Below are positions 57,180-64,000 of a stretch of DNA of 64,000 bases, in pieces. How positions within the stretch are numbered: the stretch's first letter is position 1; every line of letters starts with the position of its first letter. Source of the DNA: Chloroflexota bacterium (GTDB lineage Bacteria; Chloroflexota; Dehalococcoidia; SM23-28-2; JACOUE01); assembly GCA_016178045.1 (NCBI GenBank), contig JACOUE010000019.1:1377-65376 (forward strand), read 5' to 3'. The notes under the pieces were generated by a model. That model was not told where the DNA came from. It ran no database searches and worked only from the letters and a program-made list of their open reading frames with translations. A program made the translations under genes and the position numbers.

Positions 57180-57290
57180 GGAGGGGGGGATTCGCCCAGA
57201 CGGGCGGGCGTCTGCCGGACCCCCCGGTCCGACAAAGTCGGACAGCGGTTTTCAAGACCGCCCCGTTCCCAGACGTTGTCCCTCAGCACC
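57180..57290 (-). pseudogene. Degenerate tandem tRNA-Ser(UGA)-like copy with a ~24-nt hairpin insertion in the T-loop
   Basis: The anticodon arm and variable arm are near-identical to the tRNA at 57023-57112 (57218-57262). The acceptor and D regions have diverged. Confidence 0.5.
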
Positions 57291-57462
57291 TCCTCACCGT
57301 TCTCGTCCAACTCTAGGTCCCCCGGCCCCCATGCCTCGTACCTCTCTGCCTGCAGCTCCGCCAGGGGACCAGATGGTTCTCCGTCTGCTCCTTCAGCTCC
57401 ACGTAAAATGTCCCGCGCCAGGACATATACTTAGTAGAACCGCAGACGAGTTCCGTGGTGAC

Positions 57463-57489
57463 GTAACGGTGCGCCGCCGTGGGTCGTCT
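57463..57489 (+). promoter_or_regulatory. Possible ECF-type promoter (GTAAC-N17-CGTCT)
   Basis: It lies 14 nt upstream of the sigma-factor start. The match to a generic ECF GGAAC/CGT pattern is weak. Confidence 0.3.
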
Positions 57490-57502
57490 CTAAAATGTTA
57501 CG

Positions 57503-58138
57503 TTGATGCAAAAAATCTGCCCGGCGCGAGCGCTCCCACGAGCGGAGGACGAGAGGAGCCTGGCGGAGGCCCTGAGAGGCCGCTCGCCTGAGGCCTGGGC
57601 CTGGCTTTACGACCAGCACTATGCCCAGATATACCGCTACGCCCGGGCGCGTACCTCTGATCCGACCACAGCGAAGGATCTGGCGGCTACGACCTTTCTG
57701 GAGGCCCTGAAGAGCATCCATACGTACACCTACCGGGGGCGGCCTATCCTGGCCTGGCTGTACCGCATCGCTCGAAATGTAGTCGCTGGTCACTATAGGA
57801 ACTCGCACCGCCCTTTCCAGCGAGGATGGGCCAACGGGGAATCGCAAGTGCTGTGGTACTTCTTGCGCTCCCGTCGACCGCAGGGGCCTCCGCCGGATCC
57901 ACAGGCGCTCCCTGACGAAATCAGCGCTGACGCCGACCCGGCGGCGAACATCGAACGTCTGGACCTTCAGGCGGCGATCCGCCGCCTGCCGGCCGAGCAG
58001 CGAGAGGTGATCGCTCTTCGCTACTACATGGGCCTGCAACTGGCGGAGGTTGCGCGTGTGCTGGGGAAACCGGAGCGCAAGGTTTATTCCCTCCAGGCGA
58101 AGGCCATCGAGGGGCTGCGCCGCGATTTTTCCGAATGA
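57503..58138 (+). CDS. ECF-type sigma-70 family sigma factor
   Basis: Region 2 (IYRYARARTSDPTTAKDLAATTF) and region 4 (LPAEQREVIALRYYMGLQLAEVARVLGKPERKVYSLQAKAI) are present. ATG 57506 is the likely start. Confidence 0.85.
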   Translation: MMQKICPARALPRAEDERSLAEALRGRSPEAWAWLYDQHYAQIYRYARARTSDPTTAKDLAATTFLEALKSIHTYTYRGRPILAWLYRIARNVVAGHYRNSHRPFQRGWANGESQVLWYFLRSRRPQGPPPDPQALPDEISADADPAANIERLDLQAAIRRLPAEQREVIALRYYMGLQLAEVARVLGKPERKVYSLQAKAIEGLRRDFSE

Positions 58139-58216
58139 GGGAAAAAATTTCTCCGATCGTCGGTAATTTTCGCCGCCCGGGTCAATAAACTTTATGAGAG
58201 GACTGGAGGAGCAGGC

Positions 58217-59086
58217 ATGGACAGGGACCTTCGCAAGGAGCTAAATGAATGTCTACGGCAGCTTGAGGCTTCCGGAGACGTCGAGAGTTGCCTTGCGCGC
58301 CACCCGGAGAGGGCCCAGGAGCTGCGCCCTTACCTGGAACTCGCGGCTACGCTGGCCAGCACGAAGTGGGGAGAACCCTCAGCCGCGGACCACCAGTGGG
58401 GGCGCCAACGCCTGCTCTCAGAACTGGCCGAACCAAACCTAAGAAAGCGAGGCGCAAATCAGATGACGATCTTCGGACATAGACTGTTCCCCGTCGTCGC
58501 CGCCGTCCTTGGCGCGGTTTTCCTTCTTGGCGGGGCCATGGCGGCGTCCGCCCATTCCGGCTCGCCGATACCCGGGCCCCAGGACGCGTTCTCCTTCCTA
58601 CACGATGAGAACCAAGACGATGGCGCCGCCGACGACGGGTTCGAGGGTGAGATCGAGGCCTTACAGGCCAGACACGAGGCAGAGATCGAGGCCCCAGACG
58701 CTCAGTGTGATTCCGGCGACGAGCAACTGGACGCCCAGGACGAGGCGGCGGCAGATGCTCTGGAGGCCGATTGCGAGGGATCCCAGGATGCGCTGGAAGC
58801 CCAACAGGAGGGGGAAGACGAATCACTCGACGCGGACCAGGAGTCCGGCGAGGTTGACGACGTCGATGACGCGGAAGTGGACGATAACGACCAGGGAGAT
58901 GACACCCAGGGCGAGGACATCCAAGGAGATGACACCCAAGGCGAGGACATCCAGGGAGATGACACCCAGGGAGACGGCGTAGGCGACGGCAACGACGTCG
59001 AGGACGGCGGTCAGGATGACAACGGATCCGATGACGGCACGTCTGACAACCAGGCTGATGACCAGGCCGATGCCGATGGCAACTAG
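58217..59086 (+). CDS. Putative single-pass anti-sigma factor with highly acidic repetitive ectodomain
   Basis: It follows the sigma gene and has one TM segment (LFPVVAAVLGAVFLLGGAMAA). The C-terminal half is D/E/Q/G-rich with QGDDTQGEDI repeats. Confidence 0.6.
   Translation: MDRDLRKELNECLRQLEASGDVESCLARHPERAQELRPYLELAATLASTKWGEPSAADHQWGRQRLLSELAEPNLRKRGANQMTIFGHRLFPVVAAVLGAVFLLGGAMAASAHSGSPIPGPQDAFSFLHDENQDDGAADDGFEGEIEALQARHEAEIEAPDAQCDSGDEQLDAQDEAAADALEADCEGSQDALEAQQEGEDESLDADQESGEVDDVDDAEVDDNDQGDDTQGEDIQGDDTQGEDIQGDDTQGDGVGDGNDVEDGGQDDNGSDDGTSDNQADDQADADGN
58891..58975 (+). repeat. 2.8 copies of a 30-nt in-frame tandem repeat
   Basis: The unit is ccagggagatgacacccagggcgaggacat, with 2 mismatches between units. 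Confidence 0.75.
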
Positions 59087-59105
59087 GCGGCCTTAGCCAG
59101 CTGAT

Positions 59106-59150
59106 AGCGACTGCGCCCGGGCTGGACTCTCTAGCCCGGGCGCAGTCGCT
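59106..59150 (+). terminator. Perfect 18-bp stem hairpin downstream of the anti-sigma gene
   Basis: AGCGACTGCGCCCGGGCT pairs with AGCCCGGGCGCAGTCGCT across a 9-nt loop. No T-tract is present. Confidence 0.5.
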
Positions 59151-59297
59151 TGAAGCGCCCCCCGCCTCCCCCGCCTACGCTCGGTATTGCATTCTAGGGA
59201 CGCTCTAACGCCGCGGCAGGCTCCAGTGGACGTAACGGGAGGCAGTTACTATCATGTTAGCAATTGTGAAACCCGCCACGATCGCAAAGGGGGAAGC

Positions 59298-59807
59298 ATG
59301 GCCGTCCGCGGCGAGACCGGCGAGCTGATCCATGCCCGGGCCGTGCAGGACATCGCCAAGGCGCGCTACGCCTTCCCCACCCCCCGGTACCCCCACTACA
59401 AGACCTACGTCAACCACCCCCAACGCACCATGGCCGTCCGCACCTTCGATAACCGCGCGTTGTTTCCCGACATCGTCGTGGTGCTGGACCCGGAGAACTA
59501 CGCGAAGCTGCTGGGCGAGGTGGAGACGGCCGAGACCGTGAACGGGGACGAGGCCCGCGAGTGGAAGGTCTTCTCGGAGCTGGGGCCGCTGTACCTGTAC
59601 GTGCCGGTCGGCCACGCCGAAGAGGCGAAGAAGCTGTGCAAGCAGGTCAAGGCGCAGGTGGTGGGCATCCGCACCTGGCGCTACGTCGTCGGCTACGAAG
59701 AGGTCGAGATCAACGACTACTTCACCCAGTGGGTGGGCGTCGAGGATCTGCTGCCTAAGCCCATCGGGGACCGCCTGCGGCCCTTCGTGCCGGGCAAGCG
59801 GGACTAG
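59298..59807 (+). CDS. Hypothetical protein with a possible PD-(D/E)xK-like motif
   Basis: ATG 59298 follows AAGGGGGA. The motif reads FPDIVVVLD-x11-GEVET. The family was not recognised. Confidence 0.4.
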   Translation: MAVRGETGELIHARAVQDIAKARYAFPTPRYPHYKTYVNHPQRTMAVRTFDNRALFPDIVVVLDPENYAKLLGEVETAETVNGDEAREWKVFSELGPLYLYVPVGHAEEAKKLCKQVKAQVVGIRTWRYVVGYEEVEINDYFTQWVGVEDLLPKPIGDRLRPFVPGKRD

Positions 59808-59817
59808 GGCCGCCGCC

Positions 59818-60972
59818 TCAGGCTGCCACCAGCGAGCGGTCCAGACCTAGGGCGCTGATTATCTCCTCCCGGTGCTGACGGTGCTTCTCCGCAAAGGCCC
59901 AGGTCAGGCCGAAGCAGCCCGAGATCATCATGTCGCCGTGGGGGACGGCGAAGTAGGGCTGGAGCCGGCTCCCCCGCAGCTTCCCCCGCTGCGGCCCCGT
60001 CACCGCCACGAACGGCCGCCGCGACTTCGGTTGGTCGGCGTAGAAGACGCCGTGGCCCTTGCTGTCGAAGACGTCCTCGTGGGCCAGGGTGCCCGCCATC
60101 AGGCGCTCGCTGAAGTCTTCCAGCTGCTCGCCGGTCACCTCGCCCGTGTGGTGCTCGTACAGCGAGTAGATGTGGGTCCCTCGCAGGTGGAAGGCGAGGG
60201 CGTGCATGTTCCCCAGGTTCAGGAGGAACTGCTGCCCCTGCCCCGCCACCTGCGGGTCCTGGAGGGCGCCGAGGGCGGCGGCGGGCCCCGTGTCCAGGAA
60301 GACGGTGGGGATGCCCTCATCTCCGCCGGAGGCGGATCCGCCTTCGGCGGAAGCGCACGCCAGCATCGTCCGCGCCCGCGTGAGGTACTGCGGCACCTCG
60401 TCGGGAAGGTAGGCGAAGCTGCGGAGGTCGTTCCCGGCCGCCACCACCCGGCGCAGGTGCTCGAAGCGGAAGAGGCGGTCGCTGTAGCCGGGCGGGGCGG
60501 CGCCGTGGTCGAGGCAGGCCAGGGCCAGGCCGTCGAAGCGGCCGTCGACGTCGAAGGCGGCGAGGGAACGGCGGATCGCGGCCAGGTCCAGGTCCCGCAT
60601 CTCGACGCGGACCGCGTGAGCCTTCAGTCCCCGCGCCTCGTCTTCGCTGACGACGGTCACGCCCATGCCCGCGACGGCTGAGAGGTCGTCGTCGAAGGTG
60701 CGGGCCGCCTCGGGTGTGGCGAAGGCGGTGCCGCCGGCGCGGAGGTGGTCCTCCAGGGCCCAGTGGCAGGGGCCGCCGCCCATGGTCACGCCCGTCAGCA
60801 GGACCGGCCGTCCCTTCTTCGTCGCCCGACGGATGCGGCCGGCCGCTATCTCCGTGGCCGAGGGCATGATCATCTGGAGGGAGTTCTCGACGGGCTGGGC
60901 CGAGTCGAAGATGAGGATGTCCTGGGTGCCGGTGCCCATGTCGATGGCCAGGATGCTCATGGCGATACCCAT
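59818..60972 (-). CDS. DUF1786 (ASKHA/actin-like ATPase fold) protein
   Basis: MGIAMSILAIDMGTGTQDILIF (phosphate-1 DxGTGT motif) begins at ATG 60972. The upstream part of ORF 59818..61596 is spurious. Confidence 0.7.
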   Translation of the reverse strand: MGIAMSILAIDMGTGTQDILIFDSAQPVENSLQMIMPSATEIAAGRIRRATKKGRPVLLTGVTMGGGPCHWALEDHLRAGGTAFATPEAARTFDDDLSAVAGMGVTVVSEDEARGLKAHAVRVEMRDLDLAAIRRSLAAFDVDGRFDGLALACLDHGAAPPGYSDRLFRFEHLRRVVAAGNDLRSFAYLPDEVPQYLTRARTMLACASAEGGSASGGDEGIPTVFLDTGPAAALGALQDPQVAGQGQQFLLNLGNMHALAFHLRGTHIYSLYEHHTGEVTGEQLEDFSERLMAGTLAHEDVFDSKGHGVFYADQPKSRRPFVAVTGPQRGKLRGSRLQPYFAVPHGDMMISGCFGLTWAFAEKHRQHREEIISALGLDRSLVAA

Positions 60973-61080
60973 GATAGCACCGGCCGAGATTTCACAAGAA
61001 AATTGCCGGCGAGGCCGTATCCTCGGGGCACGAACTGCCGATATTATTGGTGAAAGCACTGTCGGGGGGTAACAAACAGA

Positions 61081-61638
61081 ATGAAGCGCTTCATCCTGGT
61101 TCTCGCCACGCTGATCCTGACCGGTCTCCTTGCCCTGGGCACGTTCGTGGCCTTCGCCGGCCATTCGCCCGTGGGCGGGGACCGCGGCGACCCGCCTGAC
61201 TTCGCCGAAGACCACCCGGGCAATCCTCCCGCCGACCCCTCCCAGCAGGGCGAGGCGGAGGGCCAAGGCCAGGAGGGCGAGCTGGGCGAGGGCGCCCAGC
61301 GCATCGCCCAGGCCATCGCCGACTCGTTCGGCGTGGAGGAGCAGAGGGTGCTGGACATGCACGCCGACGGTATCGGGTTCGGCGCCATCGTCAAGCTGCT
61401 CCTCCTTGAGGCGGCCGGCGAGCCGGTGGACCTCTCGGCCCTGGGCAGCGAGGGCGGCGACGCCGGGTTCGCCTTCGGCGAGCGCCTTCGTGACGCCGAC
61501 ATCCCCGACGGCCTGCCTACGAACCTGGGCCAGATCGTCTCCGGGGCAAACGCGAACGGCGCCGGGGCGCAGGGCCGCGCCCTCGGTCACGAGCACGCCT
61601 CAGAGGCGCCCGGACAGGCCCCCAGCGCCACCCCTTAG
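61081..61638 (+). CDS. Secreted low-complexity protein
   Basis: The signal/TM segment MKRFILVLATLILTGLLALGTFVAFA is followed by a G/E/Q/P-rich region and a short conserved-looking core (HADGIGFGAIVKLLLLEA). Confidence 0.55.
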   Translation: MKRFILVLATLILTGLLALGTFVAFAGHSPVGGDRGDPPDFAEDHPGNPPADPSQQGEAEGQGQEGELGEGAQRIAQAIADSFGVEEQRVLDMHADGIGFGAIVKLLLLEAAGEPVDLSALGSEGGDAGFAFGERLRDADIPDGLPTNLGQIVSGANANGAGAQGRALGHEHASEAPGQAPSATP

Positions 61639-61788
61639 GCGCCTTCTAAGCCCCTCTAAGCGGCTCTGTCGCCTGATTTCCCCGTGCTAGGTTGCATGAT
61701 CCAGCGCTTTTCACCGTTTGTTTACCGCCAGGGTGTCATATCTCCTCTGCGTATCCCCTAAGCTTGATAGCAGAAGCGGGAGAACCTG

Positions 61789-62328
61789 ATGCTGGAAAGA
61801 CTCGAAGTTATCTTCGGAATCCTGCTGGTCACCGCGTCTCTCACCCTCTCCACCACCCTCGCCACTGGCGGTGGCGGCGCCATCGTCGACGGCACGGGCG
61901 CCATCGCCGAGCGTGGCGGCAGCGTCGCCAGCGACACCATCGGCTCTCTCCCCGTGTTCGACGGCCACGAGGGCCCAGGCAAGAGCGACAGCGCTCCCAG
62001 TCATTCCGACGACCCGGCCGTCAGCGACGGGCAGAGCGACAGCCCCGGCAAGAGCGAGGATGCGACCGCTGACCCGGACGTCCCGGGCAACGCCAAGGGC
62101 CAGGGCCAGGACAACGCCGACGCTAACGGCAACGGCCCCGCCGAGGGCCCTGACGGCGCGTCGAACCATTCGTCCGAGGCGCAAAACAGCCAGTCGCTGG
62201 ACCAGGGCGGGCAGGGCTCCCAGCAGGGCAACGCTCAGGAGCCGCCGGGCTCCGACAACGGCCAGGGCGCCGAGCGCTCAAGCGAAGCAAAGAGCACCGG
62301 TGAGGCGGCCCGTGGCGGCACTCGTTAA
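61789..62328 (+). CDS. Secreted low-complexity (G/D/S/N/Q-rich) protein
   Basis: It has an N-terminal hydrophobic segment and PGKS(D/E) repeats, including GNAKGQGQDNADANGNG. Confidence 0.5.
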   Translation: MLERLEVIFGILLVTASLTLSTTLATGGGGAIVDGTGAIAERGGSVASDTIGSLPVFDGHEGPGKSDSAPSHSDDPAVSDGQSDSPGKSEDATADPDVPGNAKGQGQDNADANGNGPAEGPDGASNHSSEAQNSQSLDQGGQGSQQGNAQEPPGSDNGQGAERSSEAKSTGEAARGGTR

Positions 62329-62346
62329 GACAACTTAATATTGAGT

Positions 62347-62381
62347 GACGGCGGCAGCCGAGCACGCCGGCTGCCGCCGTC
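62347..62381. terminator. Perfect 14-bp stem hairpin between convergent genes
   Basis: GACGGCGGCAGCCG pairs with CGGCTGCCGCCGTC across a 7-nt loop. Confidence 0.6.
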
Positions 62382-62385
62382 GCTT

Positions 62386-63699
62386 CTATTGTGAGGGAAA
62401 GACGTCGACTCCGCCCATGTAAGGACGGATCACCTCCGGCACCGCCACGGAGCCGTCGGGCTGCTGGTAGTTCTCCAAGACGGCGATGACGGTGCGGGGG
62501 AGGGCCAGGCCGGAGCCGTTGAGGGTGTGGGGGTGCTCGGGCCGGCCGCCCTTCTGGCGGCGGAAGCGGATGGCGGCGCGGCGGGCCTGGAAGTCGGTGC
62601 AGCTGGAGCAGGACGAGACCTCCAGCCACTCCTCGCAGCCCGGGGCCCACACCTCGATGTCGTACGACATGGCGGCGTTGAAGCCGAGCTCGCCGGCGCA
62701 GAGCCTGGAGACGCGGTGAGGCAGGCCCAGGGCGCGACAGACGGCCTCTGCGTCGGCGACCAGCTTGTCCAGCTCCTCAGCCGAGCGCTCCGGCGGCACG
62801 AACTTGTACAGCTCCACCTTGTCGAACTGGTGGACCCGCTTGATGCCGCGGACGTCGCGGCCGGCGCTCACCTTCTCGCGGCGGAAGCAGGGCGTGTAGG
62901 CGACGTAGTGCAGGGGGAGGGTATCCGGCTCCAGGATCTCGTCGCTGTGGAGGTTGGTGAGGGCCACCTCGGCCGTGGGGAGCCACCAGTAGTCCTCCTC
63001 GGCGTCGTGGTACATGTTCTCGGCGAACTTGGGGAGCCAGCCGCCCTTCCACATGCACTCCTCTTTGACCATGGCCGGGGGGTAGACCTCCTGGTAGCCG
63101 CGCTCCGTGTGGAAGTCCAGCATCCACTGGATGAGGGCGCGCTGGAGGCGGGCCCCCGCGCCCTTGAGGACGAAGAACCGCGAGCCGGACAGCTTCGCCC
63201 CCCGCTCGAAGTCGATGATGCCGAGGCGCTCGCCCAGCTCCCAGTGGGCCAGGCGCCAGCCATCGCGGTACTCTTCCCCCGCCTGCCGGACGACGACGTT
63301 GTCCTCCTCGCCCTCGCCGTCGGGAACGTCGGGGTCGGGGAGGTTCGGCACCTGGAGGAGGAGGTCGCGGAGGCGGGCCTCCATCTCCTTCAGCTGGGAC
63401 TCCAGCGACTCCAGCTTCTCGCCCAGGAAGGCGCTGCGGGCGACAAGGTCGTCGCGGCGGTGGGCGGCGTGCTTCTGCTCGCGGCGGGCCACCCTTTCGT
63501 CGGTGGTCATGCGGGCCAGCCCGCCGATCTCCTTGCTCAGGGCGTTCCTCTCCGAGCGCTGGGACTCGACCTGCTGGAGGGTCGACCGCCACCGGCCGTC
63601 GAGGGCGATGATCTCGTCCAGCGGGACGTCCGTGTGGCGGCGGGCCAGGGCCTGGCGGACGGCGTCGGGGTCATCGCGGATGGACTGTAAGGCGAGCAC
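62386..63699 (-). CDS. serS: Seryl-tRNA synthetase
   Basis: The start is GTG 63699. It has an N-terminal coiled coil and class II motifs (FRRE, GSGLALPR). Confidence 0.95.
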   Translation of the reverse strand: MLALQSIRDDPDAVRQALARRHTDVPLDEIIALDGRWRSTLQQVESQRSERNALSKEIGGLARMTTDERVARREQKHAAHRRDDLVARSAFLGEKLESLESQLKEMEARLRDLLLQVPNLPDPDVPDGEGEEDNVVVRQAGEEYRDGWRLAHWELGERLGIIDFERGAKLSGSRFFVLKGAGARLQRALIQWMLDFHTERGYQEVYPPAMVKEECMWKGGWLPKFAENMYHDAEEDYWWLPTAEVALTNLHSDEILEPDTLPLHYVAYTPCFRREKVSAGRDVRGIKRVHQFDKVELYKFVPPERSAEELDKLVADAEAVCRALGLPHRVSRLCAGELGFNAAMSYDIEVWAPGCEEWLEVSSCSSCTDFQARRAAIRFRRQKGGRPEHPHTLNGSGLALPRTVIAVLENYQQPDGSVAVPEVIRPYMGGVDVFPSQ

Positions 63700-64000
63700 T
63701 AGATCGCTCCCTCCGACGCTTTCGCCACCTCGATGGCCTTGATAGCGAGGGCGCGGACGTCGTCGCTTAGGGGGATGGTGACGCCGCAGGCGGCCAGCTC
63801 CAGTGGCTGATTTGACCGCAGGGAGGCCTCGTCCACCCAGTGCATGGAGTCACCGGCCGGAGGGTCGAGGCGGGCCCCGGGCCGCGGGCGGCAGAAGTAG
63901 ATGAGGTCGATGTGCTTGTGGGCCTCGCCTGGCTCAGGGCTGTCCTCGAGGAGGATGGTGTAGGGCGGCTGTATCTGTCCGGGGTAGGCAAAGCCGAAGG
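63699..64000 (-). CDS. Nudix hydrolase-like protein, C-terminal part (5' end outside window)
   Basis: Hand translation gives ...FGFAYPGQIQPPYTILLEDSPEPGEAHKHIDLIYFCRPR...MHWVDEASL...*. Its stop overlaps the serS start by 1 nt. Confidence 0.6.
   Translation of the reverse strand, partial: FGFAYPGQIQPPYTILLEDSPEPGEAHKHIDLIYFCRPRPGARLDPPAGDSMHWVDEASLRSNQPLELAACGVTIPLSDDVRALAIKAIEVAKASEGAI

Noticed and set aside
58891-58975. Tandem 30-nt repeats (and the 7/9-nt repeats at 35252-35297), considered as a possible CRISPR array.
   Set aside because: There are no unique spacers between the units. The units are contiguous, and the 30-mers are in frame inside a coding region. No cas genes are present.
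1-64000. A scan for rRNA genes, CRISPR arrays, transposases, integrases, reverse transcriptases, phage structural genes and large inverted or direct repeats flanking islands.
   Set aside because: None was recognised by eye. Only the short repeats listed as features or findings were seen.

Overview
This is a high-GC (about 68-70%) bacterial chromosomal segment. Protein styles suggest a Chloroflexota/Thermomicrobia-like or actinobacterium-like organism, but that is inference only. The backbone is housekeeping: EF-G (partial), thyX, folD, nfi, prfB with its programmed +1 frameshift, truB-rbfA-infB-ylxR-nusA, proS, rpsB-tsf-pyrH-frr-uppS-cdsA-dxr-rseP-ispG, dtd, nadA-nadB, miaB, sucC/sucD, serS and two tRNA-Ser genes. 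No rRNA, CRISPR array, transposase, integrase or reverse transcriptase was recognised. Several accessory or lower-GC islets interrupt this backbone. (1) A TcmP-like + DUF5131 (phage Gp37/Gp68-like) pair of unknown function is wedged between thyX and folD; this is the best candidate for an uncharacterised system. (2) An inositol-lipid operon (ino1, acyltransferase, PHP phosphoesterase, PimA-like GT4, PIP-synthase-like) is present, in which the PHP protein is a candidate missing PIP phosphatase. (3) A Cys-rich operon encodes DUF1326 x2, an NrtS-like protein and DUF2182. (4) Two mini-cassettes (a lipoprotein gene and hicBA) are bracketed by three copies of the 3' end of an nrtR-like gene, just upstream of a nadA promoter carrying GT-N7-AC palindromes. 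(5) sucC and sucD are split by two foreign genes, and sucD also carries an internal deletion. (6) A NIF3-like ORF is fused to a truncated nadC. (7) A tRNA-Ser is followed by a degenerate tandem copy. (8) A promoter-plus-terminator unit is a candidate small RNA, lying upstream of a frameshifted SpaA-like surface protein gene. All coordinates and motifs were read by hand, and no database search was run.
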